The position numbers and the translations under genes were made by a program. Below the pieces are notes generated by a model. The model searched no databases and was not told the DNA's origin. It saw only the letters and a program-made list of their open reading frames with translations. This document shows positions 41,801-55,775 of a stretch of 64,000 nt of DNA, piece by piece; position 1 is the first letter of the stretch; each line of letters opens with the position of its first letter. This DNA comes from Octopus vulgaris. Lineage: Eukaryota. The stretch lies in the NCBI GenBank assembly GCA_951406725.2, contig OX597815.1:183582001-183646000 (forward strand), given 5' to 3'.

Positions 41801-44800
41801 GTAATTAACAGAGAAAATTATCTGTGTCGCGCATCACATCAGCATGCTTGCACTTTTGCCTTTTGTGTTACTAGCGATCTATCTGTCGATTCCATTTCCT
41901 CTCCTGCAGCAATTGATTTAACTGCTATTTCGCAGGATCAACCACCTTTAGAGAAGTTGGATTTTAATTTCGCCTAGGTACATTAACTGTGAGTTTGCTT
42001 TCCTTCCGCTGGTCAGCGGAAGGCTCTTTACTTTGTGACGTATCCACCTTCACGCATGCACTTTTGATTTTGCTCATTTTGAGTATTTTTTCTCTTTTTT
42101 CCTTTTGGTAAATTTCTTGTGTATGATGTAAATTTTGCCATTTTATTATATTGTGTGCTATTTGGTTATCTGGTATCCACCTTGAGTTTTATAGTCACTA
42201 CAGGGAATTTTGTGTCGTGCTTCGCACTGGAGCGGAGCTCTGTAGTGATCCTATATAACGGTGCGCGCACGCGCACCGTCCATTTCTATTTCGCGCGTAC
42301 GGTGTTGGTGCCTTCACCAAGGCAGAGAGGAAGGGCCCTCTCGCGCATGCGCGAAGCCCCGGAAGAAGGACCATTTGTCTACGTGGCAGTTAGCCGAGGC
42401 AAGGGGATCGTAGGACGTTGACCACTAGCGTCCAGCAGCAGTCAGTGACTTGAGACAAGGCGACCGAAGGCAACGGACGTATATTTTCTCGCTGTCCATT
42501 TTTGATAGCAGTCGGCCGAAGGCTTTAACCAAATTGTTGCAGACAACATCATCTTCCTCTTTCCGGACGCCATCTTTGACCAGTGTCGTTAGCATTTGAA
42601 CACTGTAGATTCTACAGCGATATAGTTCAGCTCTGACACATCTATACCAAAGGGATACCCAGATATACCACTTATTTGTTACTGTCATAAGAGAATAAAG
42701 TAGATATATATATTTTACGTCTGCGTCTTGTTGTTTCTGACTGGTAGAATCTGGATATTAAAGCAACGGAAAGTGATTGCACCAACTTGCACCCCAAAAG
42801 TGCAAGAGAAGACGTTCACTAACGTTACATATTTTTCTTTTGTAGTGGTAGTTGTATATTCTTTTCTACTCGAGGCACAAGGCCAGAAATTTTTGGGGTG
42901 GGGGTCACTCGATTAGATCGACCCTAGTACGCAACTGGTACTTAATTTATCGACTCCGAAAGGATGAAAAAGAAAGTCAACATCGGTGGAATTTGAACTC
43001 AGAACATGAAGATAGACGAAATACCTATTTCTTTACTACTCACAAGGGGCTAAACACAGAAGGGACAAACAAGGACAGACAAACGGATTATTTTGATTAT
43101 ATCGACCTCAGTGCGTAACTGGTACTTAATTTATCGATCCCGAAAGGATGAAAAGCAAAGTCGACCTCGGCGGAATTTGAACTCAGAACGTAACGGCAGA
43201 CGAACTACCGCTAATCATTTCGCCCGGCGTGCTAACGTTTCTGCCAGCTCGCAACCTTATGATGATTATATATTGAATGAACAGTCCACGTTTGATCAGT
43301 ACATTAGAAAAAATATTAGGAGATATTTCTTTTTTGGGTACTAATGTTTATAAGAAAACTCACGTGGACTAGTTCTTCGTACACTCGATCGAATTGGTGA
43401 TGTGACTGTTGGCATTGCTGTTGAGATAGGCTCTGCAATATAAAAGGAAATGCAAAGGATACGATAGAAAAAAAGAATCCGCTGTATTTCGACGACATTG
43501 TTAATAAAATTCTCTCAGCTGGAGAATATAACTTGTTACAGATCATTGTGTTTTATTTATGAATATGAATCTCTCGTACGTACGTTTACAGAGTTTTGCA
43601 GACACAGCTACTACCATGTCCTCCTCTGGTTTCACTGGTCGGAGTATAATTGTTACAGTTGTTTCTTCATTGCCCTTTGGGATTTCAACCATTTCATCTG
43701 GACTGGACGTCTAATAAATGAAATGAATATTACACTAAAACAAAGTTCATATATGTTTCATGCAAATATTTCATTTATAACTAGCCACAGTTTCGATTAA
43801 TTACATAAATTATTGTCGAGAGGGTACAGCAATAGAATATATCTTTGAAACGATGAATAATAAGATTTAAAACGTTCAGTCATTATAACGAAAAAAGAAC
43901 TATTTGTGTTTACCTTCAATGTATTATTTGCTATAGGACTTGATAACAAAATGCTATACGTTTTCACATTCACATGATGAACAAGTCGAATTAAACCGCC
44001 AGCATCTAAGTTTGGGCCAATATCTAACGTGATAGATCTCTCCCTTTTCGAATTAGTTCTCCATCCAAAATTTGGTCTGATGTCACCGGGATTGCCTATT
44101 GGTGGATTGAGAGAGATGGCTGTATCTGGGAGGAAAGCTTCATCATCCATCGCTTCTGATATATTGCAGTGCCCTGTCAAATAAAACAATTCGTTCTTAT
44201 GTATTGGGAAATTAAGGTAAAGAGTGATTCCGTTATGTTAGTGAAACAAATGAACCGGCCGAATTAAGAAAGATTGTATTAATATTACTCACATTGACGA
44301 GGGGTTGTTGGGCTTGGAACAAGTTCTGTAGTTGCCATGGTAGTGGAGGCAGTTGCTGCATTATAAAACACGCATCGGTTGAAAGATGTATAAAGCGAAG
44401 AACATAATTTTACAAGATTTATATTGAATATTTTCGATACAGCCTAGAGACACATTTGCAGAGATAGAAATAGGAAAGGTATTGGCCAACAAAAATGCGT
44501 GGATATAGAGGGAAATTTGATCGTTCTCTTGGTTTCTGTCAGGAAAGTAATATCGACAGAGATTTCTTTCATGGAATTCAAATGAGTTTCCATAAAATGC
44601 CTGTGATTAGCTGAATACGAGAGGAAGCGATTACTTAAAGATGAAAAGTATTCTGTTTAATGAGGTGCTTAACTTTAAGAAAAATTCAGTATATGAGGTA
44701 AGGTTTGTTGATATTGAAAAAATTGAGAATTAATAATCCATGTTTAGATGAAAACAGCGAAAGCAATATTGTTTGGATAGGGGAATGTCGTTTGGGATGA

Positions 44801-47800
44801 AGAAATATTCGCGTAAAATATTTTGGAAATGCTGTGTAGAGCGAAAATGTGAACATTGGTACGGTGAACGATGAACCGATGTAGATAACTGTGAGACGTA
44901 GCAGTGAAGCGATAAAAGTTGATGGATTAATTGATAGCTGAATTCAGTGAGAATTTAGGCTGTCAGGTGAACAAAAGGACAGGTTAGTAACATCCTGAGA
45001 GAGTGTAACGCAATAGTATCGCTGAAAATATGAAATTTACAGCAGTTATGATACAAATACTGTTGTTATAATGGATAGGAAATAAATGTAAAATTAGGAT
45101 TTCCTCAGCCCTAGCATCTTACAAACAACCGTGGAAAGAGAAGCTGGTGTTGATTCAATTCATTGTTCAATGAAATTATCATACGTGGAAAAGATCTGAT
45201 CGCGAGATTCTTTTTCTAATTGTGGTGAAAATAGATTGTGGTTACTTAATTTAGCAATAATTGATAATACAGAGTAAGGAAGATCCATGAGACTTGTGTT
45301 AAATTGAATGTGAAGTATTTTTCTGGAAGAAAATTATTTTGGTTTGCAGGTGATTGATGTAAATCGAATGAAAGTGCGGTGTTTGCGAACACCACTTGAA
45401 AGTACGTTTGTAAAAGATTATGTTTTAGTACAATTACGTATAGAATAGAACTCACGTGGACGAGTGGTTGGTAGAGTTGATGCAGTTGCTGAAGTGGCTG
45501 GTGCTGCTGTTGTTGATATAGGATCTGCAATATTAAATGGGAGGCAAAATATTCGATAGAAAGGATTACATAAATTTCGATGAAATTGTAAAGATAATGC
45601 ATACATTGGAAAGCAAAGTAAAGGCAATTAAAGACTGAAAGTTTCATGAAAACTGCTTACGTTTACAGAATTTTGCAGAGATAGATACCACCATGTCTTG
45701 TGTTGGATGGATTGGAGAAAGTTCAATTTGCACCGTGGTTTGACCATTATGCTGTTGAATGGAAACTGTTTGACCTGGAGTGGATTCCTAATAAATGGAA
45801 GGCAAACAGAAACTTAAATTAACTTGAATAGCAAGAAAAGAATGAAAATTATACAGTTCGTGTTTTCAATGACTGAAAGTGCCCTATAATATTCGCCAAT
45901 TATTTTATTAAAGTATATTAAACGGTTTGAATATGAAAATTTTTGATCTTTAAAATAATGGATGATCTGATTCGAAACGATGATGAAAATAGAATGAATA
46001 AAAAGGCCACGAATGAATACCTCGATTTGTGTTTTTGCTGAAGGATGTGATGTGAAAACGGTATAGGATTTCACATTTTTGTGTTGAACAAGGCGAATTA
46101 TAGCGCCAAAATCTAGGTTGGGGCCAATATCTAAGGTGATAGTCCTATTCTTATTGGAATTAGTTATCCATCCAACATCTGGTCTGATGTCTCCTGGATT
46201 GCCAACTGGGGGATTGAGAGAGATGGCTGTATCTGGGAGGAAAGATTCATCATTCATCGATTCTGACAGCGCACACAACCCTGATAAAGAAAACAATTGC
46301 CTCTTAAATAATGCAAAATTAAGGTAAAGTGTGAGTCTGTTATATATGTGAAAGAAATGAATGGTTGGACTTAAGAAAAATTGTATTAATATTACTTACA
46401 TTGACGCGGGGTTGTTGGGTTTGGAACAAGTTCTGTAGTTGCCATGGCAGTGGGGGCAGTTGCTGCATTATAAAACACGCATCGGTTGAAAGATGTATAA
46501 AGCGAAGAACATAATTTTACAAGATTTATATTGAATATTTTCGATACAGCCTAGAGACACATTTGCAGAGATAGAAATAGGAAAGGTATTGGCCAACAAA
46601 AATGCGTGGATATAGAGGGAAATTTGATCGTTCTCTTGGTTTCTGTCAGGAACGTAATATCGATAAAGATTTCTTACAAGAAATTGAAACGAGTTTGCAA
46701 AAAATGCCTGTGATTAGCTGAATAGGAGAGGAAGCGATTACTTAAACGTGAAAAGAATTCTGTTTAATGAGGTGTCTTAATTTGAAGAAAAATTCAGTAT
46801 ATAAGGTAAGGTTTGTTGATATTGAAAAGATTGAGAATTAATAATCCATGTTTAGATGAAATCAACGAAAGCAATATTGTTTGGATAGGGGAATGTCGTT
46901 TGGGATGAAGAAATATTCGCGTAAAATATTTTGGAAATGCTGTGTAGAGCGAAAATGTGAACATTGGTACGGTGAACGATGAACCGATGTAGATAACTGT
47001 GAGACGTAGCAGTGAAGCGATAAAAGTTGATGGATTAATTGATAGCTGAATTCAGTGAGAATTTAGGCTGTCAGGTGAACAAAAGGACAGGTTAGTAACA
47101 TCCTGAGAGAGTGTAACGCAATAGTATCGCTGAAAATATGAAATTTACAGCAGTTATGATACAAATACTGTTGTTATAATGGATAGGAAATAAATGTAAA
47201 ATTAGGATTTCCTCAGCCCTAGCATCTTACAAACAACCGTGGAAAGAGAAGCTGGTGTTGATTCAATTCATTGTTCAATGAAATTATTATACGTGGAAAA
47301 GATCTGATCGCGAGATTCTTTTTCTAATTGTCGTGAAAATAGATTGTGGTTACTTAATTTAGCAATAATTGATAATAAAGAGTAAGGAAGATCCATGAGA
47401 CTTGTGTTAAATTGAATGTGAAGTATTTTTCTGGAAGAAAATTATTTTGGTTTGCAGGTGATTGATGTAAATCGAATGAAAGTGCGGTGTTTGCGAACAC
47501 CACTTGAAAGTACGTTTGTAAAAGATTATGTTTTAGTACAATTACGTATAGAATAGAACTCACGTGGACGAGTGGTTGGTAGAGTTGATGCAGTTGCTGA
47601 AGTGGCTGGTGCTGCTGTTGTTGATATAGGATCTGCAATATTAAATGGGAGGCAAAATATTCGATAGAAAGGATTACATAAATTTCGATGAAATTGTAAA
47701 GATAATGCATACATTGGAAAGCAAAGTAAAGGCAATTAAAGACTGAAAGTTTCATGAAAACTGCTTACGTTTACAGAATTTTGCAGAGATAGATACCACC

Positions 47801-50800
47801 ATGTCTTGTGTTGGATGGATTGGAGAAAGTTCAATTTGCACCGTGGTTTGACCATTATGCTGTTGAATGGAAACTGTTTGACCTGGAGTGGATTCCTAAT
47901 AAATGGAAGGCAAACAGAAACTTAAATTAACTTGAATAGCAAGAAAAGAATGAAAATTATACAGTTCGAGTTTTCAATGACTGTAGGTGCCCTATAATAT
48001 TCGCCAATTATTTTATTAAAGTATATCATACGGTTTGAATATGAAAATTTTGATCTTTGAAATAATGGATGATCTGATTCGAGACGATGATGAAAATAGA
48101 ATGAATAAAAAGGCCACGAATGAATACCTCGATTTGTGTTTTTGCTGAAGGATGTGATGTGAAAACGGTATAGGATTTCACATTTTTGTGTTGAACAAGG
48201 CGAATTATAGCGCCAAAATCTAGGTTGGGGCCAATATCTAAGGTGATAGTCCTATTCTTATTGGAATTAGTTATCCATCCAACATCTGGTCTGATGTCTC
48301 CTGGATTGCCAACTGGGGGATTGAGAGAGATGGCTGTATCTGGGAGGAAAGATTCATCATTCATCGATTCTGACAGCGCACACAACCCTGATAAATAAAA
48401 CAATTGCAAAAAATGCCTGTGATTAGCTGAATAGGAGAGGAAGCGATTACTTAAACGTGAAAAGAATTCTGTTTAATGACTTGCTAAATTTTAAGAAAAA
48501 TTCAGTATATAAAGTAAGGTTTGTTGATATTGAAAAGATTGAGAATTAATAATCCATGTTTAGATGAAATCAACGAAAGCAATATTGTTTGGATAGGGGA
48601 ATGTCGTTTGGGATGAAGAAATATTCGCGTAAAATATTTTGGAAATGCTGTGTAGAGCGAAAATGTGAACATTGGTACGGTGAACGATGAACCGATGTAG
48701 ATAACTGTGAGACGTAGCAGTGAAGCGATAAAAGTTGATGGATTAATTGATAGCTGAATTCAGTGAGAATTTAGGCTGTCAGGTGAACAAAAGGACAGGT
48801 TAGTAACATCCTGAGAGAGTGTAACGCAATAGTATCGCAGAAAATATTAAATTTACAGCAGTTATGATACAAATACTGTTGTTATAATGGATAGGAAATA
48901 AATGTAAAATTAGGATTTCCTCAGCCCTAGCATCTTACAAACAACTGTGGAAAGAGAAGCTGGTGTTGATTCAATTCATTGTTCAATGAAATTATTATAC
49001 GTGGAAAAGATCTGATCGCGAGATTCTTTGTCTAATTGTCGTGAAAATAGATTGTGGTTACTTAATTTAGCAATAATTGATAATAAAGAGTAAGGAAGAT
49101 CCATGAGACTTGTGTTAAATTGAATGTGAAGTATTTTTCTGGAAGAAAATTATTTTGGTTTGCAGGTGATTGATGTAAATCGAATGAAAGTGCGGTGTTT
49201 GCGAACACCACTTGAAAGTACGTTTGTAAAAGATTATGTTTTAGTACAATTACGTATAGAATAGAACTCACGTGGACGAGTGGTTGGTAGAGTTGATGCA
49301 GTTGCTGAAGTGGCTGGTGCTGCTGTTGTTGATATAGGATCTGCAATATTAAATGGGAGGCAAAATATTCGATAGAAAGGATTACATAAATTTCGATGAA
49401 ATTGTAAAGATAATGCATACATTGGAAAGCAAAGTAAAGGCAATTAAAGACTGAAAGTTTCATGAAAACTGCTTACGTTTACAGAATTTTGCAGAGATAG
49501 ATACCACCATGTCTTGTGTTGGATGGATTGGAGAAAGTTCAATTTGCACCGTGGTTTGACCATTATGCTGTTGAATGGAAACTGTTTGACCTGGAGTGGA
49601 TTCCTAATAAATGGAAGGCAAACAGAAACTTAAATTAACTTGAATAGCAAGAAAAGAATGAGAATTATACAGTTCGTGTTTTCAATGACTGAAAGTGCCC
49701 TATAATATTCGCCAATTATTTTATTAAAGTATATCAAACGGTTTGAATATGAAAATTTTTGATCTTTGACATAATGGATGATCTGATTCGAAACGATGAT
49801 GAAAATAGAATGAATAATAAGGCCACGAATGAATACCTCGATTTGTGTTTTTGCTGAAGGATGTGATGTGAAAACGGTATAGGATTTCACATTTTTGTGT
49901 TGAACAAGGCGAATTATAGCGCCAAAATCTAGGTTGGGCCCAATATCTAAGGTGATAGTCCTATTCTTATTGGAATTAGTTATCCATCCAACATCTGGTC
50001 TGATGTCTCCTGGATTGCCAACTGGGGGATTGAGAGAGATGGCTGTATCTGGGAGGAAAGATTCATCATTCATCGATTCTGACAGCGCACACAACCCTGA
50101 TAAAGAAAACAATTGCCTCTTAAATAATGCAAAATTAAGGTAAAGTGTGAGTCTGTTATATATGTGAAAGAAATGAATGGTTGGACTTAAGAAAAATTGT
50201 ATTAATATTACTTACATTGACGAGGGGTTGTTGGGCTTGGAACAAGTTCTGTAGTTGCCATGGCAGTGGGGGCAGTTGCTGCATTATAAAACACGCATCG
50301 GTTGAAAGATGTATAAAGCGAAGAACATAATTTTACAAGATTTATATTGAATATTTTCGATACAGCCTAGAGACACATTTGCAGAGATAGAAAGAGGAAA
50401 GGTATTGGGAAATAAAAATGCGTGGATATGGAGGAAAATTTGATCGTTCTCTTGGTTTCTGTCAGGAACGTAATATCGATAAAGATTTCTTACAAGAAAT
50501 TGAAACGAGTTTGCAAAAAATGCCTGTGATTAGCTGAATAGGAGAGGAAGCGATTACTTAAACGTGAAAAGAATTCTGTTTAATGAGGTGCTTAATTTGA
50601 AGAAAAATTCAGTATATAAGGTAAGGTTTGTTGATATTGAAAAGATTGAGAATTAATAATCCATGTTTAGATAAAATCAACGAAAGCAATATTGTTTGGA
50701 TAGGGGAATGTCGTTTGGGATGAAGAAATATTCGCGTAAAATATTTTGGAAATGCTGTGTAGAGCAAAAATGTGAACATTGGTACGGTGAACGATGAACC

Positions 50801-53800
50801 GATGTAGATAACTGTGAGACGTAGCAGTGAAGCGATAAAAGTTGATGGATTAATTGATAGCTGAATTCAGTGAGAATTTAGGCTGTCAGGTGAACAAAAG
50901 GACAGGTTAGTAACATCCTGAGAGAGTGTAACGCAATAGTATCGCTGAAAATATGAAATTTACAGCAGTTATGATACAAATACTGTTGTTATAATGGATA
51001 GGAAATAAATGTAAAATTAGGATTTCCTCAGCCCTAGCATCTTACAAACAACCGTGGAAAGAGAAGCTGGTGTTGATTCAATTCATTGTTCAATGAAATT
51101 ATTATACGTGGAAAAGATCTGATCGCGAGATTCTTTTTCTAATTGTCGTGAAAATAGATTGTGGTTACTTAATTTAGCAATAATTGATAATAAAGAGTAA
51201 GGAAGATCCATGAGACTCGTGTTAAATTGAATGTGAAGTATTTTTCTGGAAGAAAATTATTTTGGTTTGCAGGTGATTGATGTAAATCGAATGAAAGTGC
51301 GGTGTTTGCGAACACCACTTGAAAGTACGTTTGTAAAAGATTATGTTTTAGTACAATTACGTATAGAATAGAACTCACGTGGACGAGTGGTTGGTAGAGT
51401 TGATGCAGTTGCTGAAGTGGCTGGTGCTGCTGTTGTTGATATAGGATCTGCAATATTAAATGGGAGGCAAAATATTCGATAGAAAGGATTACATAAATTT
51501 CGATGAAATTGTAAAGATAATGCATACATTGGAAAGCAAAGTAAAGGCAATTAAAGACTGAAAGTTTCATGAAAACTGCTTACGTTTACAGAATTTTGCA
51601 GAGATAGATACCACCATGTCTTGTGTTGGATGGATTGGTGAAAGTTCAATTTGCACCGTGGTTTGACCATTATGCTGTTGAATGGAAACTGTTTGACCTG
51701 GAGTGGATTCCTAATAAATGGAAGGCAAACAGAAACTTAAATTAACTTGAATAGCAAGAAAAGAATGAGAATTATACAGTTCGTGTTTTCAATGACTGAA
51801 AGTGCCCTATAATATTCGCCAATTATTTTATTAAAGTATATTAAATGGTTTGAATATGAAAATTTTTGATCTTTGACATAATGGATGATCTGATTCGAAA
51901 CGATGATGAAAATAGAATGAATAAAAGGGCGACGAATGAATACCTCGATTTGTGTTTTTGCTGAAGGATGTGATGTGAAAACGGTATAGGACTTCACATT
52001 TTTGTGTTGAACAAGGCGAATTATAGCGCCAAAATCTAGGTTGGGGCCAATATCTAAGGTGATAGTCCTATTCTTATTGGAATTAGTTATCCATCCAACA
52101 TCTGGTCTGATGTCTCCTGGATTGCCAACTGGGGGATTGAGAGAGATGGCTGTATCTGGGAGGAAAGATTCATCATTCATCGATTCTGACAGCGCACACA
52201 ACCCTGATAAATAAAACAATTGCCTCTTAAATAATGCAAAATTAAGGTAAAGTGTGAGTCTGTTATATATGTGAAAGAAATGAATGGTTGGACTTAAGAA
52301 AAATTGTATTAATATTACTTACATTGACGAGGGGTTGTTGGGCTTGGAACAAGTTCTGTAGTTGCCATGGCAGTGGAGGCAGTTGCTGCATTATAAAACA
52401 CGCATCGGTTGAAAGATGTATAAAGCGAAGAACATAATTTTACAAGATTTATATTGAATATTTTCGATACAGCCTAGAGACACATTTGCAGAGATAGAAA
52501 TAGGAAAGGTATTGGCCAACAAAAATGCGTGGATATAGAGGGAAATTTGATCGTTCTCTTGGTTTCTGTCAGGAACGTAATATCGATAAAGATTTCTTAC
52601 AAGAAATTGAAACGAGTTTGCAAAAAATGCCTGTGATTAGCTGAATAGGAGAGGAAGCGATTACTTAAACGTGAAAAGAATTCTGTTTAATGAGGTGCTT
52701 AATTTGAAGAAAAATTCAGTATATAAGGTAAGGTTTGTTGATATTGAAAAGATTGAGAATTAATAATCCATGTTTAGATGAAATCAACGAAAGCAATATT
52801 GTTTGGATAGGGGAATGTCGTTTGGGATGAAGAAATATTCGCGTAAAATATTTTGGAAATGCTGTGTAGAGCGAAAATGTGAACATTGGTACGGTGAACG
52901 ATGAACCGATGTAGATAACTGTGAGACGTAGCAGTGAAGCGATAAAAGTTGATGGATTAATTGATAGCTGAATTCAGTGAGAATTTAGGCTGTCAGGTGA
53001 ACAAAAGGACAGGTTAGTAACATCCTGAGAGAGTGTAACGCAATAGTATCGCTGAAAATATGAAATTTACAGCAGTTATGATACAAATACTGTTGTTATA
53101 ATGGATAGGAAATAAATGTAAAATTAGGATTTCCTCAGCCCTAGCATCTTACAAACAACTGTGGAAAGAGAAGCTGGTGTTGATTCAATTCATTGTTCAA
53201 TGAAATTATTATACGTGGAAAAGATCTGATCGCGAGATTCTTTTTCTAATTGTCGTGAAAATAGATTGTGGTTACATAATTTAGCAATAATTGATAATAA
53301 AGAGTAAGGAAGATCCATGAGACTTGTGTTAAATTGAATGTGAAGTATTTTTCTGGAAGAAAATTATTTTGGTTTGCAGGTGATTGATGTAAATCGAATG
53401 AAAGTGCGGTGTTTGCGAACACCACTTGAAAGTACGTTTGTAAAAGATTATGTTTTAGTACAATTACGTATAGAATAGAACTCACGTGGACGAGTGGTTG
53501 GTAGAGTTGATGCAGTTGCTGAAGTGGCTGGTGCTGCTGTTGTTGATATAGGATCTGCAATATTAAATGGGAGGCAAAATATTCGATAGAAAGGATTACA
53601 TAAATTTCGATGAAATTGTAAAGATAATGCATACATTGGAAAGCAAAGTAAAGGCAATTAAAGACTGAAAGTTTCATGAAAACTGCTTACGTTTACAGAA
53701 TTTTGCAGAGATAGATACCACCATGTCTTGTGTTGGATGGATTGGTGAAAGTTCAATTTGCACCGTGGTTTGACCATTATGCTGTTGAATGGAAACTGTT

Positions 53801-55735
53801 TGACCTGGAGTGGATTCCTAATAAATGGAAGGCAAACAGAAACTTAAATTAACTTGAATAGCAAGAAAAGAATGAAAATTATACAGTTCGTGTTTTCAAT
53901 GACTGAAAGTGCCCTATAATATTCGCCAATTATTTTATTAAAGTATATTAAACGGTTTGAATATGAAAATTTTTGATCTTTGAAATAATGGATGATCTGA
54001 TTCGAAACGATGATGTAAATAGAATGAATAAAAGGGCCACTACTAAATACCTGGATTTGTGTTTTTGCTGAAGGATGTGATGTGAAAACGGTATAGGATT
54101 TCACATTTTTGTGTTGAACAAGGCGAATTATAGCGCCAAAATCTAGGTTGGGGCCAATATCTAAGGTGATAGTCCTATTCTTATTGGAATTAGTTATCCA
54201 TCCAACATCTGGTCTGATGTCTCCTGGATTGCCAACTGGGGGATTGAGAGAGATGGCTGTATCTGGGAGGAAAGATTCATCATTCATCGATTCTGACAGC
54301 GCACACAACCCTGATAAATAAAACAATTCGGAAAATATTCGTTTGATGAATTACTTAAATTTCGATGAAATTATATATATATTGCACACATTTGAAATCG
54401 ATTAAATGTAATTAAAGATTGAATGCTTCATGAAAACTGCTTACGTTTACAGAGTTTCGCAGAGAGAGATACCAACATGTCTTGTGTTTGATTTATTGGA
54501 GAAAGTTCAATTTGCACCGTGGTTTGACCGTTATGTTGTGGAATGGCAACTGGTTGATCTGGAGTTGATTCCTAATAATGGAAATGAAATCTTAAACTGA
54601 AATATCCTCGATTAGTAGGAAAAGAGTGAAAATTATACAGTTCGTCTTCTTAAGGAATGACAGTGCCCTACGGTTGAATATTATCGATGAATTTAGCAAA
54701 GTATATAAAACGATTCAATTAGGAAAATCTTGGGCTTTGATACAGTATATTGTGTATTTTGACATGCTTTCGTAATTAGAAAAAATGAAAAGGGCCACTA
54801 GTGAATACCTGTATTTCTGTTTTTGCAGAAGGATGTGATATGAAAACCGTATAGGATTTCACATTCTTGTGTTGAACAAGGCGAATTGTACCTCCGGCAT
54901 CTAGGTTGGGGCCAATATCTAATGTGATAACCCTTTTGCTATTCGAATTAGTTATCCATCCAAAATCTGGTCTGATGTCACCTGGATTGCCAACTGGTGG
55001 AATTAGAGAGATGGCTGTATCTGGGAGGAAAGATTCATCGTTCATCTCTTCTGATAGATCACAGAACCCTGTCAAATAAAGCAATTCTCATATAATGGAA
55101 AATTAAGTTAAAGCGTAACTATGTTGTTTATGGTTAAGAAAGCAATCGGTAGATATCTCTAAAACTATGAACTTGTGACTCACATGGACTCGTTGTTGAT
55201 ACCCTCGAAAAGACTCGCGAAGTTGTAGGTGCCATTGTAGTTCTTGTAGTTTCTACAATATAAAAGGTACGTTCCGTCAACCAAATTTTATAGGTAACTG
55301 TATTTACTGATTTTTGCGGCATTTAAATGAAGAAAAGTTTATACTTCGCACCAAAAATTACAAGGTTGATGCATATTCAATGGTATGCTCTAAATTTAAA
55401 TGACTATCTCTTTTGTGCGCCAGTCAAGATATCAAGTTTCTGGAACATCTATGATTTTCTGCCTCTGATTTTTTCTATGCAACAGCTTAATCATATAAAG
55501 CGAATTACTCTTTTACTCTTTTACTTGTTTCATCCATTTGACTGTGGCCATGCTGGAGCACCGCCTTTAGTCGAGCAAATCGATCCCAGGACTTATTCTT
55601 TGTAAGCGTAGTACTTATTCTATCAGTCCCTTTTGCTGAACCGCTAAGTTACGGGGACGTAAACACACCACCATCGGTTGTCAAGCAATGGTGGTGGGGG
55701 GACAAACACAAACACACAAACATATGCACACACAT

Positions 55736-55775
<40 letters not shown>

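Noticed and set aside
40039-42916. ORFs in the LTR element as gag/pol or captured genes
   Set aside because: Short, with no zinc knuckle, protease, RT or integrase motifs. Several simply run through LTR sequence.
1457-50143. Recurrent + strand ORFs (MSCSTRRII..., MGPISKVI..., [12 protein letters not shown]...)
   Set aside because: They are antisense shadows of exons B and A. Conservation among diverged copies follows the minus-strand frame and its splice sites.
5367-53677. Gln/His-rich minus-strand ORFs ([18 protein letters not shown])
   Set aside because: Wrong frame of exon D plus intron sequence. Splice phase dictates the Thr/Pro-rich frame.
6152-54326. 140-167 aa ORFs as stand-alone single-exon genes of a tandem gene family
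   Set aside because: Starts are mostly non-ATG intronic codons, there is no signal peptide, and similarity stops at AG/GT boundaries. They are internal exons with intron read-through.
888-55068. Dscam-type mutually exclusive exon cluster generating receptor diversity
   Set aside because: The units are multi-exon and mostly near-identical, so they offer little diversity. Each has complete compatible splice sites and I saw no docking/selector elements. Serial inclusion is the simpler model, though it is untested without RNA data.
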